Source: a virus
DNA: 64,000 nucleotides
Strand: one strand, 5' to 3'
IMG/VR virus record: IMGVR_UViG_3300013306_000017
Coordinates: 3,025-67,024 of that record
The notes below the pieces were generated by a model, which worked only from the letters and a program-made list of their open reading frames with translations, ran no database searches and was not told where the DNA came from. The stretch's first letter is position 1; each line of letters starts with the position of its first letter. A program made the translations under genes and the position numbers. This document shows positions 28,953 to 38,015 of the stretch, in pieces.

Positions 28953-29309
28953 TCAACAGCGGTATCCGTCCCGCCAAAGGCGTTTCATGGCAAATGCTTT
29001 TGAGATGGCTCGGCGATTCGAGTAAGCAGGCGGGTGAGCCTTCGGTCGTTTCATCACTGTGTTCACATGTTCCCGGCAGTTTGCGGAAATCGGAACAGCG
29101 GCCTCAGTTCCATGCTCAAGAATCGCGGGCCCAACGTCGCGCGCGGCCTGGCGGACATCGATGACGACGTCAAACGCAGGCGACGCAACTTGAGCAACGG
29201 CGATGACTTTGTTTTCAGAAGCAGACGTGCGGGCGGGACTGACAATGACCGCGCATACCATCAGAACAATGGTGGCGAGAGCCATGGCAATCGAGCGGGA
29301 AAGTTTCAT
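28953..29309 (-). CDS. Small protein with signal-peptide-like N-terminus
   Basis: MKLSRSIAMALATIVLMVCAVIVSPA; AAAGGAG SD. Confidence 0.65.
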   Translation of the reverse strand: MKLSRSIAMALATIVLMVCAVIVSPARTSASENKVIAVAQVASPAFDVVIDVRQAARDVGPAILEHGTEAAVPISANCREHVNTVMKRPKAHPPAYSNRRAISKAFAMKRLWRDGYRC

Positions 29310-29369
29310 CAGGAGTCTCCTTTGCGAAAATGGACGGTCTCAGAAATGACCTGTCTTTCAATCAGGCAG

Positions 29370-29402
29370 ACGGTAACACGCGGGCGAGTTTTAAGTTTTG
29401 GG
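29370..29402 (-). promoter_or_regulatory. Late-promoter-like motif D (fibre operon)
   Basis: CCCAAAACTTAAAAC-N9-TGTTACCGT. Confidence 0.65.
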
Positions 29403-29418
29403 GTTCAACGAAAGGTGT

Positions 29419-29658
29419 TCACTTCGCATCCTGACGGCAGGCGCAAGCTTCGCAGCACTCGGCTTTGCGCTCACCTTTCAGGCGTTTGGCAAAGGACTCG
29501 GCGACTCGCCTTAATCCATCACCGATAGCTGTACAGACCAAAGTGAATGCTCCGAACATCAGCTTTTCAATGACTGAGTCTTTAGTGCACAGGTAGGTAA
29601 TCAACAGTAGAACAAACAGACCAAGGGCGAGGTACTTATCTGGAATAAGTCTAAGCAC
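29419..29658 (-). CDS. Small two-TM membrane protein (holin-like)
   Basis: Two hydrophobic segments, basic tail; in the lysis cluster. Confidence 0.55.
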   Translation of the reverse strand: MLRLIPDKYLALGLFVLLLITYLCTKDSVIEKLMFGAFTLVCTAIGDGLRRVAESFAKRLKGERKAECCEACACRQDAK

Positions 29659-29660
29659 TG

Positions 29661-30149
29661 CTATTCCTTTTGACGAGCAGCTAGGTCCTCAGCAATGTGG
29701 GCCGCACCTTCTTCGAGCCGGATGCCGGTTGCGGCGCTCTCTGTCACCCTGGTATTAACTCGATCCAATTTGAGCGTTAATGCTCGGATCATTTCTCGAT
29801 CCTGAATATCCAGTAACCTCTGGGCCTCGACGCCGATCTTTAGGGCGTCGGCAGCGTTACGGTTTTCCAGAGCAGCCACGCGATTCTCTTCCGCCGCTAC
29901 CTCCAGCCGGTTGACAGCGTCGCGCAAACTCGATCCACTGTCAGTGCGAAACTGCGCGGCAATTTCATTCAGTACCTTGAAGCCAGAAGGGTTGTTTTTG
30001 AAAACCGCATTGAAGCTAACCAGCAGCGGAATCATCTGTTCGGCAGTGCTTATAAACCGAGCAAGGGGCTTGATGCCCTTTCTCCAGATAACACCCAGCG
30101 CGGTGAGGGTTGCCGCCGTGGTAAGAATTATTAAGAGAACCGTCCCCAT
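29661..30149 (-). CDS. Membrane-anchored coiled-coil protein
   Basis: N-terminal TM; GSSLRDAVNRLE motif common near phage lysis genes. Confidence 0.65.
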   Translation of the reverse strand: MGTVLLIILTTAATLTALGVIWRKGIKPLARFISTAEQMIPLLVSFNAVFKNNPSGFKVLNEIAAQFRTDSGSSLRDAVNRLEVAAEENRVAALENRNAADALKIGVEAQRLLDIQDREMIRALTLKLDRVNTRVTESAATGIRLEEGAAHIAEDLAARQKE

Positions 30150-30298
30150 TTATTCTCACAGTTATTCGCTTAGTCTCTTTGCCAGATAAACGGGCCAGGT
30201 GAACGTTACTTTGCCCTGAGTAGCCATCGATGACACGCCAATTCCGATGATGTAACCGACGATAAGGACTCCGGCAGAATCAACATTGGCTTACCTCT

Positions 30299-30460
30299 CT
30301 ACTTGATGAATGCGGGCCCCAGTAATACAAAAACAGCAAACAGCAATATTCCAATGATGGTTACGATAGGCCCCCACTTATCCACCCACGGTGGAAGCAA
30401 CCGACGTTTAGGGCCAGAGTAGTTCCTGCGGTTTCCGGATCCATCACGACCGAGCCACAT
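30299..30460 (-). CDS. Small single-TM protein (53 aa, not in ORF track)
   Basis: MWLGRDG...WGPIVTIIGILLFAVFVLLGPAFIK; starts 10 nt after the upstream stop. Confidence 0.5.
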   Translation of the reverse strand: MWLGRDGSGNRRNYSGPKRRLLPPWVDKWGPIVTIIGILLFAVFVLLGPAFIK

Positions 30461-30470
30461 CTTCTTGCCT

Positions 30471-31139
30471 TTATTTTTGCAGCGACTTCAAGGCCTTGCG
30501 TAATTGCTCATCCGCTGACGTCGGACCGTAGTCCAAAGGGTAACCTTGCGAGAACTGAGCGCGCTGGGCAGATGTCTGACTCAGGAAGCTCGACAGTGAG
30601 GGCGCTGCGTCTTTTACCTTCCACACAATTACTCCGCCAGTGATAACACCCGCGCCAAAGATCCATTTTTGATTTGAGCGACAAGAGGCAAGGTCCTTCT
30701 GGAGGTCTCCAATCATTTCCTTGTCGTCACGATGCTGGTCGCGAAAGATTTGCAGGCTGGACTCCCCGAGCGTGTCGATGTGCTGAGAGTTCTTATCAAC
30801 CTTTTTCAGGTCATCGATGATGCCGCCCCGGATATCGATCCGGCTCTGCATGTCCGCAACCATGCCGTCCCGCTGTTCGTCAATCTTCACAATTGACTTG
30901 AGGCCGGCCACGGCCGCCACCAATTTCCGCTGCAGGATCAGGGCAAGACAGAGAGTGTCATCTGCCGGACAAGTACTCGGCTCTTCAATCTCAGCGATTA
31001 GTGCCAGCGCACTCGTCTTTACAGGTGAGGGGCTTGCCGATTTGTCGGTTGGCGACTGCGATCTCACTGAAACGACGGCACCGAGTACAACGATCAGTAG
31101 GAGCGTTGATAACAGCCTGATCATTCTTGAGTTCTTCAT
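30471..31139 (-). CDS. Secreted/membrane coiled-coil protein, possible spanin partner
   Basis: Signal peptide without lipobox, coiled coil, late hydrophobic segment; overlaps 30991..31437 by 149 bp. Confidence 0.6.
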   Translation of the reverse strand: MKNSRMIRLLSTLLLIVVLGAVVSVRSQSPTDKSASPSPVKTSALALIAEIEEPSTCPADDTLCLALILQRKLVAAVAGLKSIVKIDEQRDGMVADMQSRIDIRGGIIDDLKKVDKNSQHIDTLGESSLQIFRDQHRDDKEMIGDLQKDLASCRSNQKWIFGAGVITGGVIVWKVKDAAPSLSSFLSQTSAQRAQFSQGYPLDYGPTSADEQLRKALKSLQK

Positions 31140-31437
31140 TTATCTTCTCCAGATTCTTGGCCTCCGCGGCTATCACACCCCCGCGATTTTCAATGATGGC
31201 CTTCATCGCCTCATCTTCAGCGCTGAGCTTTGCCACATGCTCACGAAGCGCCTTGTTCTCGCCGCGCAACTGATTTTGTTGTGCGGTATTGGTATCGACT
31301 TGGGCCATACGCTGCTGCTCGCGCTTCTCATAACCGGCAATCCATGCCTGATGCCGCCAAGTGGCGATGCCGTAGCCCAGACCGACGCACAGCAACACAG
31401 CGAGAATCACAAGGCCAACTTTGACTTTGGTTGTCAT
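30991..31437 (-). CDS. Inner-membrane spanin-like protein (Rz-like)
   Basis: N-terminal TM, long coiled coil, C-terminal cysteines; follows endolysin and holin. Confidence 0.6.
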   Translation of the reverse strand: MTTKVKVGLVILAVLLCVGLGYGIATWRHQAWIAGYEKREQQRMAQVDTNTAQQNQLRGENKALREHVAKLSAEDEAMKAIIENRGGVIAAEAKNLEKINEELKNDQAVINAPTDRCTRCRRFSEIAVANRQIGKPLTCKDECAGTNR

Positions 31438-31685
31438 ACGTTTTTGTGAAGCGTAAGCGCCTGGAAGATGAGGTTCGAGACTGCGTAGATAATGAGTGCC
31501 GCAGCGATGAAGCCGAACAGCTTACCGCCCACAATGAAAGTGTCGGCGGCAGCCGCAATGACGCAGGCGATGACGGTTATCAGCAAAGAGCCGTAGCCGG
31601 TCGTTGACATTACGTAGCGCCGGAAAAGTGAGACGGCGATCACTACCAAAACGGAGAAGATTAGTAACCAAAGTGATTCAGCCAT
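31434..31685 (-). CDS. Holin-like three-TM protein
   Basis: 83 aa with three hydrophobic segments, directly after the endolysin. Confidence 0.65.
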   Translation of the reverse strand: MAESLWLLIFSVLVVIAVSLFRRYVMSTTGYGSLLITVIACVIAAAADTFIVGGKLFGFIAAALIIYAVSNLIFQALTLHKNV

Positions 31686-31712
31686 AGGTTCCTTTCAATG
31701 GACAGTAACTGC

Positions 31713-32795
31713 TTAGCCCGCCTTAACCGGTGGAGTAATGGCCACCGTGTGCAAGTCCTTCGAAGCAGCTGCATCAATCAGTTTGTTTTGTGTCATTGCC
31801 TGACGCTTCTTGCTTTCGTTCCATAGCCAGGCACCGATGACGAAGCCGGAGAGAATGAGCCCGGCGATGATGTAAGGATTCTTTAGTATGCCGAGCACAC
31901 CAAGCAGAACCGCGCCACCAACGCCGCCGCCTGCCGTTCCACCAGCCATGATCTTTGAGCCCAGCGATTGAGCTACCCGCTGGACCTTCTGTGCAGCGCT
32001 CTCAGTCGGCGCCGGCGCTTCATCTACTTTTTCCGGTTCCGCTGGTTTAGGCGCATCGTTCGACGGCGGAGCTTCAGCCATGACCGCATCCGGCTCATCC
32101 TCGTAACGCTGCTCTTCAATCGCAGCCGCATCCTTGATGTTGATTGCCCCGGCGTAAGGCGTGTCTTTGATTTTCAGCCAACGGTTGTAGGCAGCTGCAA
32201 AGCGAACGTGATAATTGTTACGGGCGTATCCCTTCCCGTTATAGACGCGAACAATTGGTATGCAGTCGTTTGCCGTGACCTTCCGACCGGAAGCGGTGAT
32301 GGTTTCCAAACGTCGCAGGTCGTCATCGATATTGTTGGTGATGAGAAATTCAACCACTGCCTCAAGCTGATTGGCCTCACTCTCGGCAAAGGCACGAACC
32401 ATGTCCTCAACGTTATCGAATCCTACCTGGTCATAGTTCTTTCCCATGATTTGGCCCATCCCCCAGGAGCAGGCCATCAAAGCCGCGGTGGCATCAATCT
32501 CCATCGCCGCGATGAGTCGCGTATAGCTTTCCTTTGGATAAGGCCGCTCACCCCAGTTCTTGTAGGCCAGACCGGCAGTCACCGCTTGGGCGCGTTTCTC
32601 GCCCCTGAGCAGCGAATAAAACACGTGTGGCTCAAACAGGATGATGACTCTGCCTTGCTTATCGAAACCGTGGCCCAATGTTTCAGTTTCGATGAAGGCG
32701 TGAAGGGGATCTTCGCCGACGCCAATCTTTGAACCAATGCGAGGCAGATCAATATCTTCGATCGGCTTGGCGGCGCCCTTAAAGATGTCACTCAT
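31713..32795 (-). CDS. Endolysin, N-acetylmuramidase (DUF3380) with C-terminal TM segments
   Basis: ILFEPHVF, SWGMGQIMG.NY, YNG.GY..N.Y motifs; likely ATG 32795. Confidence 0.9.
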   Translation of the reverse strand: MSDIFKGAAKPIEDIDLPRIGSKIGVGEDPLHAFIETETLGHGFDKQGRVIILFEPHVFYSLLRGEKRAQAVTAGLAYKNWGERPYPKESYTRLIAAMEIDATAALMACSWGMGQIMGKNYDQVGFDNVEDMVRAFAESEANQLEAVVEFLITNNIDDDLRRLETITASGRKVTANDCIPIVRVYNGKGYARNNYHVRFAAAYNRWLKIKDTPYAGAINIKDAAAIEEQRYEDEPDAVMAEAPPSNDAPKPAEPEKVDEAPAPTESAAQKVQRVAQSLGSKIMAGGTAGGGVGGAVLLGVLGILKNPYIIAGLILSGFVIGAWLWNESKKRQAMTQNKLIDAAASKDLHTVAITPPVKAG

Positions 32796-32865
32796 GGATT
32801 GCTCCCAGCGCTTGAGAATGATGGAACTGTCTGATGTGAGTTGCGGATATAGCCACAGTGCGGAA

Positions 32866-32898
32866 AAGCTACCACGCTGCGCTGATTTAAGTTTTGAG
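32866..32898 (-). promoter_or_regulatory. Late-promoter-like motif E (lysis operon)
   Basis: CTCAAAACTTAAATC-N9-TGGTAGCTT. Confidence 0.7.
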
Positions 32899-33002
32899 GC
32901 TCTACGACCGCCTGTGAATGACATGCAAAAGCTCTTGCACGGGTAGGGTTAGCGGACTAAAACTGTAGGCTTGCGCTGACTGTACTGAATGGTCTATATA
33001 AC

Positions 33003-33106
33003 GGGAATCCGATGGCTGGTGAATCCTTCCATCAAGTGGTTACTGGGGTGAGGACAGTAACCGCAAAAAGCGGCGGGCTCGTGAGTGGGCTCGCCGCTTC
33101 TATTTT
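33003..33106 (+). ncRNA. Putative small RNA (copy 1 of duplicated hairpin element)
   Basis: Imperfect promoter TTGCGC-N18-TATATA (32971-33000); stem GAUGG/CCAUC; 10-bp hairpin shared with 56945-56981; terminator hairpin. Confidence 0.5.
33065..33106. terminator. Bidirectional terminator (end of terL; end of putative sRNA)
   Basis: AAAAAGCGGCGGGCTC-GTGAGT-GGGCTCGCCGCTTCTATTTT. Confidence 0.7.
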
Positions 33107-34722
33107 ATTCGCCAAGCGCTTTCCTGGGTGATTGAGATTGGGCCAATGGTTGGCAACTCATGGCCCGGGGCTGCATAAGCGAGGTTAGTCGCATCGGCAT
33201 CATCAGGGCTGCGCTTAATGCGTTTCTTTGTCACGTCTTTCGGTTCAACGACTCGCAGAGCCCGGCCGTCGGGCTTCCACTTCGGCGCCATGAACTGTCG
33301 ACGCAGTTCAGCTAGTGAGTCCACCGACAGAGCAGAGAAGTCAACGCGGTTTTCCTCCGCTCGATCGGCGAGGGCAAACCATAGTTCACTACGACGATTT
33401 GGAAATCCCTCTTGGTCCAGGGCTTTCGATGCGGAGTTGATATCGATAAAGTTCCAACCATCATCACGCGCGGGATCAACGACACCGCCCTGGAAGTCAT
33501 CCACTTTCACCAGCACGCGCTTACCTTCAATGCCGCATTGTTGCCCAACCTGGGTTGCTTTCTCCTTAAGGTACATCAATGTGCGGGTCGTATTCCACCC
33601 GTTATACGATTCGTGAGAAAGAGAAACAGGGCCACGCCGCACATGAATCGAAGTTGAGTCATCACCAAAGCGTGCACGGTCACAACCAATCTCCGGAGGA
33701 TGTTTCTCTGATTCCTTCCATAACGCGGGCTTACGCTCGATCGCGCTTAACCACATTGCCTCGGACCATACTGAATCTGTCGCCTGTGACGGCCAGCGAC
33801 CAAGGACCCGACTCTCAAACAGCGGGCCCGGACGATACCACTGCGGATGGATACTTTTCTCTTTACAGAAATCCTCGGGTGGCCAACAGAAATCGCCGGC
33901 CTTCTTTTCCTTCGCCTCGATCGGAGTGCACCACTTCATGCGCTCCAGGACCCAGGACAAACTGATTGCTTTGGGGAACGGCTTTGGCAGACCTCTCAGT
34001 TCAGCGGCCAGGTTCGGATGCTCAAGCGCTGAGATCGTGATGACCTTCCATCCGCCTGAGAGTTCTTCCTGGTATGCTTTCGAGCTCGTATCCGTCGGGT
34101 TCATGATGGCCAGCCATCGGTTGCCCGGGCCTGACGACAACATGCCCTCAGCTGCTGTCCAGAACTGTTCCTCGATACCCACAGCCTCTTCAAAGACAAT
34201 TAACAGGTTTTCTTCGTGGTCACCCTGGAATGAGTTAGCGTCTTTGGCTGTATAGCCGGCAGCGAAGTGTGACGGGTCGAACTCGCCGCCCTGCAGGAAT
34301 GATTCGATACGTGCGGCCTTCGGCAGCATATTCCGGCCGCGACGCTGTAATCGCACTTCTTTCCAGGTCAGGTCAACAACCTGGTTCTTTGTCGGTGCCG
34401 TTGTTTTGGTGATTGATGGACTGAAGCAGTCGTAATGCCAACTGACCAGCCCGCCGGCGAGATGAGTCTTACCTACCGAGTGAGATGCTTTAACAAACGT
34501 CTTGGCATTCTCCACTACCGAGCGGGCAACCTCCCGTTGCTTCGCCCACCAGGTAACTCCTAAGACGTTTTCTGCGTAACCTTCTGGATCTCTCGCATAC
34601 TTTGCGAACTCAGCCACGTTTGACGAGCTGGGTGTCAATGATTCCAGTAAATGCGCTCTGACCCGCTGTGCTGCGGTCAACGTCTCGCTGTATAGCTGTA
34701 AGTGTGTCCGGGTTCGTAACAT
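33100..34722 (-). CDS. terL: Terminase large subunit (start uncertain)
   Basis: ASHSVGKT Walker A, IVFEEA Walker B, IMNP, GCDRARFGDD nuclease motif, SPDDADA. Confidence 0.93.
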   Translation of the reverse strand: MLRTRTHLQLYSETLTAAQRVRAHLLESLTPSSSNVAEFAKYARDPEGYAENVLGVTWWAKQREVARSVVENAKTFVKASHSVGKTHLAGGLVSWHYDCFSPSITKTTAPTKNQVVDLTWKEVRLQRRGRNMLPKAARIESFLQGGEFDPSHFAAGYTAKDANSFQGDHEENLLIVFEEAVGIEEQFWTAAEGMLSSGPGNRWLAIMNPTDTSSKAYQEELSGGWKVITISALEHPNLAAELRGLPKPFPKAISLSWVLERMKWCTPIEAKEKKAGDFCWPPEDFCKEKSIHPQWYRPGPLFESRVLGRWPSQATDSVWSEAMWLSAIERKPALWKESEKHPPEIGCDRARFGDDSTSIHVRRGPVSLSHESYNGWNTTRTLMYLKEKATQVGQQCGIEGKRVLVKVDDFQGGVVDPARDDGWNFIDINSASKALDQEGFPNRRSELWFALADRAEENRVDFSALSVDSLAELRRQFMAPKWKPDGRALRVVEPKDVTKKRIKRSPDDADATNLAYAAPGHELPTIGPISITQESAWRIK

Positions 34723-35371
34723 GTCGTTTTACTGCCGAGGCCAATGCCGTTGCCAGAACAAGCATCACATCCACCGCCATCATGTGCTGAGACTCAATTA
34801 ACCGCTTTCGTTCCGACTCAACCAGGCGCGCGCGATGGCGCCACAAATCCTTGACCTCATCCCATGCAGCGTAATCAGCCAATCCGGTTCGCAGGAAACT
34901 GCCCAGTTTGGTCAACGCCACAATCGCGCCCTCGCGGTCTTTGTCCGCCTGGGCTTTCGCAAAGTCATCGAACGCCTGCTTTGCCTGGCGCCACAGTTTT
35001 CCGCTTTCGCCCTGCCCGCTGCGCGAGACAACCTCTTCAAGCCGCGCATCAAGCAGGTAAATATCAGGCGACAGAGAAAGAAGATCCGGATTCCGCTGAG
35101 CTTCGACAAACCGGTCACGCATCTTCCCACTCAGCGCAGTCAAATATCTCGAGTGTTCGCCCGTGATCAGGTTTGGTGAGGCAATTCCGGCCGGAGACGC
35201 GCCGCCATGCTTCCGGCAGCGAATTCGCCCCTTGATATGCCGTTTCTTGCAGGGATGTCCATCACCGTCATGACGAGTTTTTGCCCGACAATGAACAGGA
35301 CAAATGCCATCCTTGCTCAGTTCAAACCGGCACTTCGATTTACCTTTCTCTACGATTCCACACTTGGGCAT
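34610..35371 (-). CDS. Terminase small subunit-like HGGxSTG protein
   Basis: CRAKTR...C...RCRKHGGAS; upstream of terL. Confidence 0.75.
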   Translation of the reverse strand: MPKCGIVEKGKSKCRFELSKDGICPVHCRAKTRHDGDGHPCKKRHIKGRIRCRKHGGASPAGIASPNLITGEHSRYLTALSGKMRDRFVEAQRNPDLLSLSPDIYLLDARLEEVVSRSGQGESGKLWRQAKQAFDDFAKAQADKDREGAIVALTKLGSFLRTGLADYAAWDEVKDLWRHRARLVESERKRLIESQHMMAVDVMLVLATALASAVKRHVTNPDTLTAIQRDVDRSTAGQSAFTGIIDTQLVKRG

Positions 35372-35374
35372 GAT

Positions 35375-36450
35375 TTAGCCTTCATGGGCTCTCTGCCCGT
35401 TAGAGGGGTATTTCGCGTTGGCTGCAAGGACGTGAGTTCGCAGGTGAAGCGCAATCGCTCTCATGAAAAGCGGCGGGACACTGTTACCCATCTGTGCCCA
35501 CGCGACGCCATATTTGTCCGGGAATTCAGCTTCATCGGGAAACGAAGCCAGCCGCTTTGCCTCGGCAAGTGTTATCGGCCGCGGCTCGCTCCAATGAACG
35601 AAGGTTGCAAAACCGTGCGTCGTCGCCGTGCTCATCATTGTCCGCGCCGGCTTGAATGGGTGAAGCTTTACCAGGTCACTGAAATGTGAGCGTTTGCCGT
35701 TCAGCCTCTCTTTCACATCGGCCAAACTGCCGCCCGGGACAATCCGATCCCAATAGTGCGCGTATGTTTTCGAGAGAGCGCCCACCGGCTCAACCCGGCA
35801 ACCTGCAATCGCATCCCTCACACACCGCGGCTGCGACTGCGGCCGCGGGTGAGATGCACGACGCTTCAGATCCTTCCGCACTCCGATGATGATAGTGCGC
35901 TCACGCGACTGTGGCACATCGAAATACATCGCGTTCATCAGTCGCGCCGATACGTCATAACCACAGGCCTTCAGTTCGCGCAGCATCTCGGCGAAGATAA
36001 GACACATTTTGCCCTTCACCAGCCCCGAGACGTTCTCCATTACAAACGCTTTTGGCTTGAGGCCTTTTACCAGCCGCACGTATTCGAGAAACAAACCGTT
36101 GCGCGCGTCTATCAGATTTCGCTTGCCCGCCATACTGAAGCCCTGACAGGGCGGCGAACCATCCAGAACATCAAGCTCACCCGGTTCAAGGCCACTCAGC
36201 ATTAGAACTTTCTTGACTGTAAGCTTGCTGATATCGCCGACGTGGAGCGGCACTCGAGGAAATAGCTTGTGAAAAGTATCGGCGGCTTTGGGGTTCCATT
36301 CCACTGCCAGCAATTCGCGGAATCCCGCCATGCTGTAACCGAGCGATGATCCACCGGCGCCTGCAAAGGTGCTGATTACCGTCGGCGCATTCCTTTGACG
36401 GCGCGCCAAATGAGATTTCCATGCCAGGGCCAACAGGTCCGCATACTCAT
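35375..36450 (-). CDS. C5-cytosine DNA methyltransferase (start ambiguous)
   Basis: STFAGAGG, GSPPCQGFS, ENV, PQSRER, MGNSVPP. ATG 36450 is one base out of frame; in-frame TTG at 36433. Confidence 0.92.
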
Positions 36451-36977
36451 TGCGCGAACTGGTGATGGCACTTCGGGCACTCAATGAGGTGGACCTTGTC
36501 CGCCGCGGTCTCGTCATATTCGGGGAACTCCAACCCCTCCAAATCGACTGAGTTTTCACCAAGGATTTGTTTTAGTTCACCTGGCTCAAAGCCCAGGAAC
36601 GCCGGATCAAACTTCACCTTCATCTGCTGCGAGATGGCTAGAACATTGTCTCGTAGTAATTCAGGATCGAAATGAGAGAGTCTGGCTAATTGGTTGGCAG
36701 CGATGCGGTATCCGGCTCGGTGGGCGCCCTTAAGGTTCGAATACTTGCACTCAATGTCGGTCTTGCCTTCAAGCTTCATCGCCTGCTTGATGCCGTGACC
36801 GGCAATGCACATGTTGTTGCGGTCAATCAGGATGGGTTCCTGTTGGCCATAAAGCCGAATGCTGGCCCGCAATAATACTATTTGAGATTCCGGGTGCAGG
36901 TTTTCATTGCTCGGATCGTCGAGGACCTCGTCAATCGAGAGCAAGACATAATCATCAAGATAGACTCGTTTCTTCAC
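36447..36977 (-). CDS. ParB N-terminal-like protein with C-terminal Zn ribbon
   Basis: SIRLYG..EPILID...IAGHG; YRIAAN; CPKCHHQF. Confidence 0.85.
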   Translation of the reverse strand: MKKRVYLDDYVLLSIDEVLDDPSNENLHPESQIVLLRASIRLYGQQEPILIDRNNMCIAGHGIKQAMKLEGKTDIECKYSNLKGAHRAGYRIAANQLARLSHFDPELLRDNVLAISQQMKVKFDPAFLGFEPGELKQILGENSVDLEGLEFPEYDETAADKVHLIECPKCHHQFAQ

Positions 36978-37315
36978 ACCCTCACCGCCGTCTCAGCTTG
37001 ATGGTTCTTCCTGATGATATGTCCGCTGGGATCTTCGATGGGAACGGTTGGGCCCGCATCAGCGCCCTCAGGCCGGTCAACTTCATCCGGCCTTAGTTCC
37101 GGGACATAATCCAGTTCGTCGGCAGTGAAGCCGCGGCGGCGCAATTCATTGAAACAGATTGAGCGTTGGCGTTTCGCCTTCGCCAGCACCGAGGGCGCTA
37201 CAGCGACGCCACGCTCATACGTCAGTAACACCTTTACCGCCGCTTCATAGTTCTCAATGACAATTTCCTTGGCTTGCCGGCGACACAGCGCCGGCGTCAG
37301 TCTTAAGCGGCCCAT
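36974..37315 (-). CDS. Hypothetical protein
   Basis: Tightly coupled to neighbours. Confidence 0.6.
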   Translation of the reverse strand: MGRLRLTPALCRRQAKEIVIENYEAAVKVLLTYERGVAVAPSVLAKAKRQRSICFNELRRRGFTADELDYVPELRPDEVDRPEGADAGPTVPIEDPSGHIIRKNHQAETAVRV

Positions 37316-37317
37316 GC

Positions 37318-37515
37318 TTAGGCTTTCAACCTTTCAGCTAAAGTAGTTAGCCCGTTGAGGGTCTGACGCGCAGCGCACGGCTTGCATATCGTTTCGTCGC
37401 CATGCGCCAGTTCTTCACGCATTCGGTCCGTGCATTCACACTCTCGCTGAGCGGCCAATGCAACTGTTTCGTAATCCTGGATTGTTGGAGTTCGATCGAG
37501 CGGTATGTTTGTCAT
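37318..37515 (-). CDS. Small Cys-containing hypothetical protein
   Basis: AGGGAG SD; CEC and CKPC. Confidence 0.6.
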   Translation of the reverse strand: MTNIPLDRTPTIQDYETVALAAQRECECTDRMREELAHGDETICKPCAARQTLNGLTTLAERLKA

Positions 37516-37541
37516 GAATCTATCTCCCTTGTTCGATTAAA

Positions 37542-38015
37542 TCAGTGAGCTTGTGCATTCATGTGGCTGCCACGTCTGGCTAATTCCATGGCAGCCCGAC
37601 AGCGGGGAATCGGATGCAGCGCAAAGATGGCATCCATTCGGGTGCGCAACTGCTGCGAGTCGAATGGTTTTGTCAACAGGTCATCACCCCGCACGTAACT
37701 CAAATGTGCTGCGTTGATTGGTTCATCATGAGCCGTAATCACTATGATTGGCACCACGTCGTTATGGCCCTTGCGAACATATTCAGCCACTTCAAATCCA
37801 CTTTTCTCCGGCATGGCGGCATCGATGATCATCAAGCAAAAGGGATCGTCTTCTGCGAGCGCGCGGTCGTACGCTTCAATTGCTTCTTTGCCGTCCTTCG
37901 CTGTTACCGAACGATATACGCCGCTCAACTCAATGAATTGAGTCACGAGACCTAGAATATCCGGCGCGTCGTCCGCTATCAGCACCCTGGGCTTTAGTGC
38001 TGTTGTCGCATCCAT
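37542..38015 (-). CDS. Single-domain response regulator (receiver domain)
   Basis: VLIADD, IIDAAMPEKSG (phosphoacceptor Asp), VITA and TKPF all conserved. Confidence 0.9.
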   Translation of the reverse strand: MDATTALKPRVLIADDAPDILGLVTQFIELSGVYRSVTAKDGKEAIEAYDRALAEDDPFCLMIIDAAMPEKSGFEVAEYVRKGHNDVVPIIVITAHDEPINAAHLSYVRGDDLLTKPFDSQQLRTRMDAIFALHPIPRCRAAMELARRGSHMNAQAH

